The position numbers were made by a program, and so were the translations under genes. Shown here piece after piece: positions 38,947 through 51,400 of a DNA stretch of 64,000 nucleotides (within the stretch, counting starts at the first letter, position 1; the number at the start of each line of letters is the position of its first letter). The stretch comes from Pocillopora damicornis. Lineage: Eukaryota. The notes below the pieces were generated by a model. That model saw only the letters and a list, made by a program, of their open reading frames with translations. It was not told the DNA's origin and made no database searches. The stretch spans positions 62,001 through 126,000 of the forward strand of contig NW_020844050.1 of NCBI RefSeq assembly GCF_003704095.1, written 5' to 3'.

Positions 38947-41278
38947 GAAGCAGGAAGGAAGCATTCCTTGATATCTCCATTATAACATACGTATTGGTTG
39001 TCATTTTTGGCACAGCTTCATGGATTGCCATCAACGGGCTCTGGGTCGAATTACCTATCATTGTCCAAGAAATTCCTGAAAGCTGGTCTCTTCCATCCTA
39101 CCTGACAGTGATAATCCAACTGGCAAACATAGCTCCGTTAGCTTTTACACTTGGGAACAAGTTTTATCCTCGCATGGTCCACGAGATTCCCGTCATATAC
39201 ATCAGCCTGTTTATTGGCACGGTTTCCTGTGTTCTGTTGGTATTTTTTTGGAAAGAAACGTCCTTCATCGCCGGAGCTGAAAGAAGCACAGCGTTGTTAG
39301 TCCTCTGTTTCTTCCTTTCTGTAGTTGATTGTACATCGTCTGTGACGTTCCTACCATACATGGCAATCTTTCGAGAAGTCTACATGAGCCCATATTTCCT
39401 TGGGGAAGGTTTAAGTGGTCTGATACCCAGTCTGGTGGCATTGGGGCAGGGTGTGGGCGGGGGGTCTCATACCCCTTGCCCCAGTGAGAGCCCCACACAG
39501 GCTCCCGTGAACACCACAAATGGAACCTCCAACATCACCGACTCTAGCAGCTGGGGACCCGGCCCAAAATTTCCCGCTGAAGGATTTTTCTGGTTCCTGG
39601 CTGGGATGATGTTGGCATCTGGGTTGGCCTTTTTGGGATTGAATTATCTCTCTGTGGCGAAACGACAGCAAGTGAAGACGATTTACGAAGTTTCTCCCGA
39701 CGGAGGCCAGCGTTCCACCTTAGAGCTTGTCTCTTATGAGCAGGGCAGCTCACCAGGCTCAAATCCACTATCTAATCAAGGTTCCATTGATCCTGACAAG
39801 ACGACCACGAAAGATTCCATATTCCTTATGGCTATCTTAGCTGTTGTCAGTGGCCTGAGTAATGGTGTGATACCAGCTATTCAGTCATATGCCTGTATTC
39901 CTTACAGCTACTACATCTATCATTTGACTCTCACCCTGTCCAACATTGCCAATCCAGTCACCTGTTTTGTGTTTCCATTCATCCGCACTACTTCAACACT
40001 GATCATAGCAGTGCTGAGTTGTGTCTACTTTGGAATGTGTACCTACATTCTCATCGTTGCATCACAAAGTCCAAATGTGCTGTTGCGCTGTAACGATTCT
40101 GGCGCTGTTTTGATTGTAAGTATATCCTCCGATGAAGTAATTAACCAATTCCTTTTCGGTTAACTTTGATATGAGCAAATGCAATGAAATAATCATCGCA
40201 CCAAGCTGGTTAAGTACTGCCTGATTACCTAACACCGAAAACTGACTGAAGATCCCGAAAATTTTTTGAGAAATCTTGTAGGCTCCTGGGTAACGTCTTT
40301 GGACCATGTAGGTGTTTCGTATGCATAATTGCCCTGAGGCCTAGGATTCTTAGCGATTCTTTCTCAGAGTTTCGAACTTTCGCTAAGCTGTGCGAAACGT
40401 AGGGACGAACGAGCTTAATGTTAAGCTTTCGCTAAATGGCCTACATTTGACATGTTGAAAGCAGTGAATGACATTTAACAAGACCAGTTTTGCGGCAGCT
40501 TCTTTTATTTGCCTTTGCTATCGATCGTTATTTGCCTTTGCAATCATCGTTGCCTGAGTTTTCCTCGAGGAGCCCCAGGGAGAGAAACATCGCCAGAAAT
40601 AAAGGACATTTCGAGCCCGCTAACAATTATCAGCGGTATATCGTATTACACTCCGGAACAATAGAATAGAATTGAGTCAACATGCCGGCGATTACGGCTC
40701 GATCTGCAAAGAAGAGTGTTTCGTACCATGACTTGTACAATTTGAGCACCGCAGATCTTCTATTTGATGAAAAGAAAAAGGAAAGAAGACCTGCAAGTAA
40801 ATCTTTGGGATTTTTCGAGGCAGAGCGATGACATGATGTCAGAATTTTGATTTGCTTTAATTTAATTTTCGCGCTAAGACTACTAAATTTGCATTCAATG
40901 CCTGGCATATCTTTATTCCGAAAAGGACCGAGAACTAATTTATTTCCCTGCAAGAACATAAACAAGTATGGCCGACGATGATCAGCGTTGCTCGTGTTTA
41001 ACTATTTCAGTCATAGTTTTCAACATGGCGTCTCGTCACTTACTCAACATGGAAATTTGTATCTATGAATATGTATCTCCTTTTTTTTTAAGGTCTTCAT
41101 CAGTGTCAGTGCAGTTTCTGTGGTAACTTACATCAAAGTTGCTATTGGAGGAATAATGCGAGAGAAAGGACGCAGGCATTTGTTGTGGTATGGCGTAAGT
41201 GAACAGATTGGTTCATGTGTGGGAGCATTAGCCATGTTTGCTCCCGTAAACATCTACCATTACTTTAAACAAGAGTGA
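38947..41278 (+). CDS. SLC52A: SLC52 family riboflavin transporter, copy A (start exon unresolved; candidate ATG exon 37652-37662)
   Basis: Exon ~38947/38954-40115 (FGTASWIAINGLWVELP, PESWSLPSYL, DCTSSVTFLPYM, GEGLSGL.PSLVALGQGVG, NGVIPAIQSYACIPY) and exon 41093-41278 (YIKV...Q.GS..GA..MF..VN..H.F*). The ORF-track start at 38994 is a TTG. Confidence 0.93.
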
Positions 41279-44200
41279 AAGTATTCCCGTAAAAACACTG
41301 TATAGCTTTGAACGTGAAGAGAGCTTTGTCTTGTGCTTCAGGTCTCCAGAGATTTAAAGGACAATTTTATGCATAGATGTTACCGCATGTTTTTTAACCA
41401 GCATGGCATACAGCATCGAAAGGTCACAAATTAGATTCTCGCCGCTATTTAGGAAGAGAATTCGTTTCGTTGTTTAGAAACTCTGCAAAGGCAACGTGAG
41501 AGAAGTTTTCTTTTTCTTTTTCCTTTTTCTTTTTTTTTTTAAATTTCATTAAAGGAATAAGAATGGTCACTTCCTCTCAGGCTGGTAGAAGTCAAGTTGG
41601 GGTTTCAAATCAGGTTTCTTTATCAACTGGTGAGAACGAGTCGGTGAAGACTCTTAAGGCTGTGACGTAAAGTCATTGAAGCTCTTTGCTCCTTACCAAA
41701 GGATTTACGGTTCAGACTCTCCGTTGGTTAGGTGAATCGAAGTTCTATAGATAGGTTAAAAATCTTACGTGAAAGCTTCTAAGAAGAAAAAACTTAAACT
41801 GGCGAGTTTTATTTCAAGGGAAGCTATTGTTAAGTCTTACAGACTTTTCAATTTTTTTTAGACTTTTTAGATTATTGGACTACTCAGCTTAAGTGCACTC
41901 TTTAATAGGATAGCTTTTTTGCTTTAAGTGCAGCCGGAGTATTCTGAGATCCTCTAAAATTGGTAAGACAGCTTGGATTTCAAAGCAAATAATAATGTGT
42001 GATTATAAGCAATTATTCACTCATATATTACAGAAAGAAATGAATCTAACCATCCGGCCAATCAACAAATTCAAAGTAGATAAAAAAGGTTTTAGGAAGA
42101 CTCAGTGCAATACAATTCATTTGTAACCTGGGAGACTACATTCTTTTGAGCGATAATGTCTATGTACAAACGCTCGCCACCATCTTAATCCAGCAACGAA
42201 CAAGTGAAGAGCTCTTGGATTTGGAAATATTTTCTGACTCGTGCTGTATTGGATGACGTGAGCACGGGTATCCAGACTTCTCTCTTTCAAGTCCCCAGAG
42301 AAGTTAATAATACCTTTATCTGAAATAGTATTCTTTGCTGTGAATACATTGTTTCAATTATAAGTGTGCCTGCATTAGCTGTAGAACCGATCTTGTTTCT
42401 ATTAAAATTCAGAGCTAAAAAATGAATCCAAGTCTTATATATTACCACGCTAGGAGGACCCTGGAAATTGTGTTTTTGAATAACGAGTTGATTCTCTGAG
42501 AAGCATACAAACCGGATTAATACGAGACTTCTTGAAGGTTTGGGTAAAGGGACATTTCCCTATATAGAGTACCATAGTCAAAGTTACTAGAATTGTTTCC
42601 AAGAAATTCTGGTGATTAAATAACTTCTGTCATGCCAATAATTTCTTCGTTAGTGATTGATAGGCATGACAAGTACAGGAGGTTAGGTGCTCCCTAAATG
42701 CCGCCAAATGTAGTATGGGCCTGCAAGGTCTCGAGTCCTAAGCATGGAAGACATATTTACTATTATGACTTTCTTGAGCAGGATGTCCTTGGGGGCCAAA
42801 GGCGTCATGTACTATGGTAAGAACGTCAGTAATGCACGACTTATATGTTTATTATTGGTTGTTCAATTCCAATTCAAAATATTCTATTAGACTATGCTGG
42901 ACATGCCTTGGGGGGGGTGGTGTTGGGGGAATTAACAGGACAGAATCTGTGATCTGTTTGTTTTGAACAAGTTAGCAAAATGAATTGATTTTGCTCTAAA
43001 CAGGATTCTCAGGCTTTTTGGACACAACCCTACCTAATATTTTTCCCAGTGAACCCTCTCAGAAACAGTTAGTTCATTCATATACAGGGAGGAATCCTAG
43101 AAACTCCCTGTCATGTATACAGAGAGGTAAGGTCAGATTAGAAGCAAACTGCCCCACTCTACCAGAGCTTGTCCAGGATCCAGTTGCTTAGGGGGACAAG
43201 TAATATGCCCCCCCCCCCCCCACATTTGACACAATGCCAATCCATTGCTTGGTTAACATGCTTCTCTAGCAATCATATACTCTTGGGTGGACAAAGGCAC
43301 ATTGCAAGTAAAGGGGCTTTCCCCAAGAAAACACCATGGATATAGCAATGTTTTAGTCAAGGAAAGGTGGGTGACACAGGATGCCAGGCTGTACACTTAC
43401 TGCAAAACTTTGAAATTGTGGTTTTCGAAAAAATACCAAGTACAATAACTGTAAATCTCTGAAGGTGGTTTGGGGATGATAAAACAATTATGAATTCTCG
43501 TTGACAACAGCCATAAATATGACTACATCCATCCAAACTGGGAATGTTTAAATTTCTCTTCAATTTTTCTCACCCTTAGTAGGATCACAACAATAAGAAT
43601 GCAACAATTCACCTGACAAACAACTTATCTTTCCCCATAAGCAGTGAAAGAGCTCCTTAAAACTTACAACTTTCTTATAAATATAATTAGGTTAGAATTT
43701 AACATCTACATAACAGGAATACAATTTTGAAATTGGTTTATTAATGACAAGAATTAGGTGGATTCTTGTTTTAACCTAATAACTTAAATTTATCTTAGTT
43801 TTCTCTAAATTAATTGTGGCTCAAAGCTCCAGTCACCATCAGGCTACCTAAAATCATAAACTGGTCACTGGAATTAACATTCAGTTGTTTAAAAAAGAAG
43901 CAAGAAACAAAATAAAGAAATTAAAATTTTAAGCAAAGATACACAAAATTTTATGGCATCTTCTCTTTGGACATTTTAACACTCAAAAATTAATATGTTA
44001 CAACTTGTTACCTGAGTACTGAGCAATTTAGACCACAAAACTTTAAATTTTTTCTGTGTATCCCATCACAACCAAAATTTTTATGGCATTGAGGCCTGCA
44101 ATTAGGTGTAATGCATTGAAAAGAAAACAACAACAACAACACAAAAAGAAGCATCCAAAACCTGTTAAACTCTAAAAATCGATGAAGTGTACAGAAACAC

Positions 44201-44319
44201 AAGGAACAATTTGAAGAATTGTCATAACATTGCTTTAAGTGAAAAGAAATCTTTTACTTTTAATGTCCCATATATTAATTTCTTGGAGAAAACATGCATC
44301 TATTTTCGTTCAGTACATC

Positions 44320-46586
44320 TCATGCTTGCTTAAAGAAATGGAAAACATTTACTGGAGCGAAGATTGCCAGAGCACCAGCACAAGACCCAGCTTGAACACT
44401 AACACCATACCACAAGAGGTGCTTACGACCTTTCTCACGCATGATTCCTCCAATAGCAACCTTGACATATGTTACCACAGCAACAGCACTAACGCTGATG
44501 AAAACCTTCCAAAGAAAAAGAACAAAATGTGTAAATAAAATGAATAAATCAGTGTAAGCCTTGACATAATAACCTTTAAATGTGTTAATTAAATACTATT
44601 TCCCCTATAGTAAGAAACAATTGAGGCTCAGTCTTTTACACTATCAAATTTAAATGTGTGATGCACAGTTTATCATAGTGCATAAGATTTTAACTCCAAT
44701 TGCCATTGTGTAAAGTATTTAAGTAGGAGATATTGGTATTACTAATAAAAAGAAAAGACATTAAAGCCAGGCACTCAGAGGTCACTAGGCAACCAAGACA
44801 CATACAGACATTTTGTGCCTGAATATTTGCCAGTTCAGGAACATAATTTTAAAGCCAAAAAGTTGGTTTGGATCTTTTATTCACTGTCCTTTTTCTCAAA
44901 TATTCGATCAAAAATAATTTGAAAACAGAATGGATTTTAAAATGCCACATGTGCCCCAGAAACACAAATTTCACACTAAGATTGCTACCATAGAAAAAAT
45001 AATTAAAATAATTAAACCACAGTTTTATGCCATAATTGACCACTTAATGAACAAATATACATTACTCTGGGAGATAAACATGGCTCAAATTTTACTTGAA
45101 AGATTATTCTAAGTTTTATTTGAGAGATTCAGTTTTAAGTGACTGTTGAAAACAGTTGGAGGAAAATACAAACAGGCTGTTGGGGCTCAGAAAGGGTGAC
45201 CATGACCATTCCATAGAGGTGACTGCTTAATAAAAGTAAAAGTTACAGTGTTTATGGGGAAAAAATTTTGCAACTTTGAAAACTGACTGCATAATACATG
45301 GTGACCACTTAGTATGGTGCTACTTAATGCAGGTTTGATTGTAGTGAATAAATCTAACTTAACACTGAAACAATGTATTATGTACTCACTATCAAGGCAG
45401 CCCCAGAATCTCCACATCGTAGTAGCACATTTGGACTCTGTGATGCCACGATGAGAATGTACGTACACATTCCAAAATAAATACAACTCAGCACTGCTAT
45501 GATCACTGTTGAGGTAGTGCGGATAAATGGAAACACAAAACAGGTGACTGGATTGGCAATGTTGGACAGGGTGAGGGTCAAATGATAGATGTAGTAGCTG
45601 TAAGGAATACAGGCATATGACTGGATGGCAGGTATCACACCATTACTCAGGCCACTGACTAATGCTAAAATCACCAAGAGGAACACAGTGCCACTTGTTG
45701 ACAAACTTTCCACTGCATGATCTTCATTGTCATGGGAATTTTGCCTGCTGTCCTTTTGCTCATTGTCTGCAACAAGTTCGATGGTTTGGTCATTACTCTG
45801 AGCCTCTTGGCCATTTTCATCATAGTTCTTCTTCACTTGCTGCCGTTTTGCTAAAGGAAGGTAATTCAACCCTAGAAAGGCCAACCCAGAAGCTAACATC
45901 ATCCCAGCCAGGAACCAGAAAAACCCCTCTGCAGGGAAGTTTGGACCAGGTCCCCTGCCACCAGGGTCGGTATTGTTGGCTGAAGTTCCATTAGTGGCAT
46001 TCAGAGGAGCCTGTGTAGGGCTCTCAGTGGGACAAGAGGTATGGGTGCCTCCTCCCACGCCCTGTCCTAATGCCACTAGGCTCGGCAAAAGACCACTCAG
46101 TCCTTCACCTCCGAAATATGGGCTCATGTAAACCTCTCGAAAGATTGCCATGTATGGTAGGAACGTAACAGACGAGGTACAATCAACCATGGAAAGAAAG
46201 AAACACAATGCTAAGAGTGTAGTGCTTCGTTCAGCTCCGGCGATGTAGGACGTTTCCTTCCAAAAAAATGCCAACAAAACACAGGACGCCGCGCCAATTC
46301 CCAAGCTGACATAAATGACGGGAATCTCGTGGACCACACGAGGGAAGAACTTGTTTCCAAGGGTAAAAGCTAAAGGAGCTATGTTTGCCATTTGGATTAT
46401 AACAGTCAGGTAGGATGGGAGAGACCAGCTTTCAGGAATTTCTTGGACAATGATGGGTAACTCGACCCAAAGTCCGTTCACCGCTATCCACGAGCCTGTA
46501 CCAAAAATTACCACTAGTACGTATGTGATCACAGAGACGCTAGTGAAAGCTCTCTTGATCCGCTTCATTACGTTTTCCAAGGCCAT
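44320..46586 (-). CDS. SLC52A: SLC52 family riboflavin transporter, copy B (460 aa)
   Basis: Exon 46586-45390 (ATG; FGTGSWIAVNGLWVELP and the other family motifs), GTGAGT donor, exon 44505-44320. Same phase-0 intron position as copy A. Confidence 0.95.
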
Positions 46587-47900
46587 TTTGGTGTTACAAA
46601 TGTGATTGTCTATTCCCTGTGCCTTCTGTGTTGATTTTCTGTAAAAGAAGTGTCACGACCAATACAAATATTGATTCTTAAATGAAAAATTCAATCACTT
46701 CAGTTGACACTGTGACTCACAGATGACTGAAACGCACATGGTTAATATCAAATGCCAGCGAAAGTTAGGAAAGCGATCCCTGTCGGGGAGGGGGAGAGGT
46801 TGCATTCCAGAGAGAAAAGTAGTAGACTACTATTCATCACTTCAACTTCAACGGACTTACTTTTTCGACTAAAATAGGAAAATTGATGGGAAAGTCCCAA
46901 AATAGACTTATAGTCTTTCTTCTAGATATAATAGTTTGGTCTCTCTCTGTTCCCGGATGGGACACTCTGAACTGCAGGCGCGTTTACAGCGGACTTAGCT
47001 GGAAGAGTAAGATTCTGCATATAGTGAACACGAAAAACATACCGTTCGTAGCGCCACTGGTAGCGTTGCATCATGGTCGTTAAACGAGAAGTAAGTTCAT
47101 TTGAATATCTCTGGTAGCAGCAAGATAGTGTGAATAAATAAACACGGAATTTAATGGGGATTCACTGTCTGTTGCCGCTCCTTCGAGAGTTAAAAAGTGT
47201 TTGCGGGCCTGTGCGACTCCTGTTATTTCTCCTTGGCGAATTCGTTGTTAGGAGGCAACTGGAGAGATTCAGAAATAATCGAAACTGCAGCCTTGTTTAA
47301 GAATCTTCATTTAGCAGTAGTTACACTCTTAGCCGATGGCCGTGTGAATAATTTAAATTCGCGAGTTATTTAACGGGTATTCGACCCTTGACATGCAAAC
47401 GCATTACAAAGAGACAGCCACCTTCTAATGCACGAACTATATCTCATGTAATACACTTTAAAGGCGTAAATACGGGATTCGCGAAAGGAGAAGCCCTTAC
47501 GCCTCTTAAGACCAAATTCGTCACGCTCCACGTTAATAAAAAAAACGTACAGAGTTTAAAATATGCTTAAAGAATAAAGGATACCTAGAATAAGGTTTTG
47601 AGAAACGTATCTCTGGATTAACATTCTGGGAGAGAGACAGTATACTTTAAAACAAGAAAATACACATGAAAATATTAACTTCTGTAACACAATCTCATCC
47701 AGCTTTGCCAAACCTCAAGAACATTCAGACAGGAAAATAACACCTTAAGGGCATTTTTAGTAATCAAGAGAGGGCATGATTACCTGTTAATGATTGGCTA
47801 ATCCGTTGCATAGCAACCGTTCGTTATCTTGAAATTTGTTAAAAATAGACTGCGCGCGTGATTTTCCTTCGTATAAATTTTGCCCTTTATTGATAAACAA

Positions 47901-48058
47901 GTAATCCCATGAGACCTCGTACTATTAAGGATTAATTGCACTTGAGTTTTCAAAATTTTCCAAATTGCCCTCGTCGCTTCTCGACTCGGGCAATTTTGGA
48001 AAATTTTGAAAACTCTCGTGCAATTAATCCTTAATAGTACTTGGCCTCATGTGATTAC
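47901..48058. repeat. Near-perfect ~160 bp palindrome (MITE-like hairpin)
   Basis: 'gtactattaaggattaattgcac..gagttttcaaaattttccaaattgccc' is mirrored by 'gggcaattttggaaaattttgaaaactc..gtgcaattaatccttaatagtac'. Confidence 0.85.
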
Positions 48059-48315
48059 ATATACAAATGAAACTGAATGCAGCAGTTTGTTCGCACCTAA
48101 TTCTTGCGTACACCGTGCGACTTGCTATAATAAATGCGGTAGAATTGGAAAGAAATGGCTGTTTTTCTTTACCTTTATTGAGGAATGTTGTGTTGTGATT
48201 GAAAAAAACATCGACGAAAAGCTTGCGAATAGGATTAATTACCAAATATGAGACAAACGATGCTTAAAGGGAAAGTTTCTTAGGGGGTCCGAATCTCCAA
48301 ATCAAGTGCATCACT

Positions 48316-48415
48316 NNNNNNNNNNNNNNNNNNNNNNNNNNNNNNNNNNNNNNNNNNNNNNNNNNNNNNNNNNNNNNNNNNNNNNNNNNNNNNNNNNNNN
48401 NNNNNNNNNNNNNNN
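48316..48415. other. Assembly gap (100 N)
   Basis: Run of N ending 43 bp upstream of the SAMHD1-like ATG. Confidence 1.
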
Positions 48416-48458
48416 ATTATTCACCTTTGAGAGTTGTGTAAAGCTTGATTTTGAAGCT

Positions 48459-51400
48459 ATGCAAAGGGAGAGTCGTAAGCGGAGAGTCGGCATCGTAACC
48501 CCACCCGATGCTCGAGTCCTTATGACCCCGAGAACGCCAAGTCCAAAGCGATACCGAAAGGAAAATGGCGATAACTTGGAAATGGGTTAGTTCGCGATAA
48601 AATTTGGGAGAGGTGGACATAGTATAACGGAACTTGCTGGAGGAATTCTAACATAACACACCATTGGGTTTGAATAGAATGGAAAAGGTACCCCTGCATT
48701 CTATAATTTTTCCAATGCAGTGGGTTAATGGTTTTAATCACTACAAATCTTTCATTTAGCTAGATATGACGAAAATACAACTCTTAAGCACTAACGTAAG
48801 CGGGAATATACAGAAGGTAGAAGCGTCAACCAGATAATCAGTTGTGCCTTTTTGTGTAAAGTAGATGCATTTGAACAAAGGACACTAATGATCAGTTTTG
48901 TTTCAGAATGAATGTCGGTTTGATTTAAGTGGGAGACCTTCTGTTCTGATTTCCTGTTGTGATTAATTGCACAATTGATCATGTCAATAAGAAAGCGATC
49001 TACGTAGTAATGAACATTACTTGAGCAGTAGAGAAAATAAGGCCTGAAAAAATTCAGGCCTGTACGGGATATGAACGCATGACCTTTGATACTGGTGCAG
49101 TTCTCTATTTTTGCTAATGCTGAAGTAGTGTTCATTACTACAAAGATGGCTTTCATATTCATTTCTTTATCTGCAGTTCACATATATGATTTTCATATAT
49201 CCACAGTCATAAGTGATTATGTCAGGTCCCCTGAGGAAACATTTTGTAAGCTCTGATTGGCTATCTTAGCCTCCCTTAGTCCTTGGGATTGAAATTTCCT
49301 TTCACAAGATTTACACCTCACTATCCCATTGCTTTAGAAACCAAATAATTCGCCAGAAACCTGACACCTGATTTATTTCTCGGTGGCTACTAATTTCTTC
49401 AGAAAAAATTTTCCTTATAATTAAAAAAATTCATTTTTCTTTCAAGGTGAAGCCAACCTAAGGGCAAGACAAGATGAAAAACATTATAAGGTGTAGTAAT
49501 TATCATTTATTTTTCTTTTTTATGTAAAGAAAATAAAATCTGTATTCAATCTGCAGATGCTCAATTGAAAGGGGAGTTATTAATGAAGAGATGGTGTAAA
49601 AGTAGATGATGGATAACAAGCTTTTTTTTTGCACTAGTAGGGGATTCATTATTCTTCCAAGTTATTTCAATGCTGTTTTTTTTTGCTACATATTTCATTT
49701 TTGTGCTGCATACTTGGACCCAAGCAGCAATTTAACCCTTTGCACCTAAAACGTTGTTAAATAATGAGGAGCTTCTTTAGCCGGTGATCATTTCTTGTGA
49801 CCTTTGCATGTGATGGGGTTGATATTGTAGGGAGAAATTAGATGCTAATCACTCTAAGGGATTAGATAGTAAAACTGAATTGTCTTTAGAGTAAGTCATT
49901 CAAAAAGTTATGTGTAGGTCTTAAAGTGGGTGAGATATCAGTTCCAAAAGAAGTACAGCTGTTGGGTGCTATTTACTCTAATAGTAGAGAGGTAAGAAAC
50001 CTCTTTGATGAGATGCAAATTGGCTTTCCAGCTAGTTATTTATGTCCTGCTCCATTCAGCTTTTCATTGAATTTGTTGCACAGGTAATAGGTGCTGCTTT
50101 CAGTATGTGTACTATTACTTACATGTAAGTATTTCTATTTAGCTAATTCACAGTAATCCTGAGTCAGCTTTCTTTTGACAATTAAATATGAGTAGCTGCT
50201 AACAAGGCTTCAAATCGCTCAGCCCTGGATGGAGAGAGGTACTGTGAGCTTGTCTGTCCTCCTCCTTTCTAAACCCAGAGTGTTTGCTGAAATGATCTGC
50301 AAATAAAGCAGGGTGCATAGGATGTTGATGGGTTTTTACAGAGAATGACCAATAAAGGACTTACCATTGTATTGTCGTGAACTGACAGGTGTTTAATGAC
50401 AGCATCCATGGACACATTGAAGTTCACCCGTTGTGTGTAGAAATTATTGATACACCACAGTTCCAACGTCTTAGAGATATCAAACAATTAGGCAAGTCTT
50501 CTCTTCTCTTTGGTTTCATTTTTTCCTTTGGTGAAATGTTCTTTAAATCAGTTAACTTCATCATTTTCATATCATAAAATGAAGATCAAGCTGGTTTGCA
50601 GAATTTTAAGTCAAGAAAGAGATGTCTTTGTCATTCAACTGTAGAGGTGAAAGGAATAAAGAAACAAACACCCAGTATTTGGTTTTCAAAATTTGCTTGC
50701 ATTAGCTTGCATAGATGTATGTTGTAAATACTGTCTTTCTTGTCTTAAAACTTAGGAGGTTGTTATCGTGTATTCCCAGGGGCTTCACATAACAGATTTG
50801 AACATTGTATCGGGTAAGTCTTTCAGAGAATTACGGTCCGGTCGGTACCAAGTACTTTCGCTACTAGTCCGATCGCCATCAACCACAGTTTCATCAGCTG
50901 TCACGACGAAGTCCGTTCGCTACTACTGGGAATTATCGAGAGAAACATCGATGAAACTCAGTAAAAAGCCACAAAGATTTATAGAAGAAAATTTCTGTAG
51001 CATTTTAGAGTATATCTTGAGCGATCACTTCACGATACGATCGATCAAGACAAAGAATCATTCGCAATCAAACACCGTGCTCGCAAGCTTCCATACCAAG
51101 TCTGTTTCTACCAACTTGACTCTCATGAACAGACTTCTTCACAGCCAGACCAGTATAAGAATGTATGTTTAGGAGTTGTCGCCTAGCTGTATCATTTCTA
51201 ACTTGCCAAAGATCAGAATACCTTACATTTAGAAATCGAGCAACGCGCAACACCATATTGTTTTCGTGAAATCAACAACTTCCATGACACGTCGCTCACG
51301 TTTTCTTCATTTAAAAAACATTCTTTTCACAAGTCTTAAACGAAAAGATTAAGTACGTTAACCTGAAACAAATTGGAAACAGTTGTCTCATGTAAACGTC

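Noticed and set aside
38947-46586. SLC52 pair as an assembly or haplotype artefact
   Set aside because: Loops, introns and synonymous sites are far too diverged for allelic copies.
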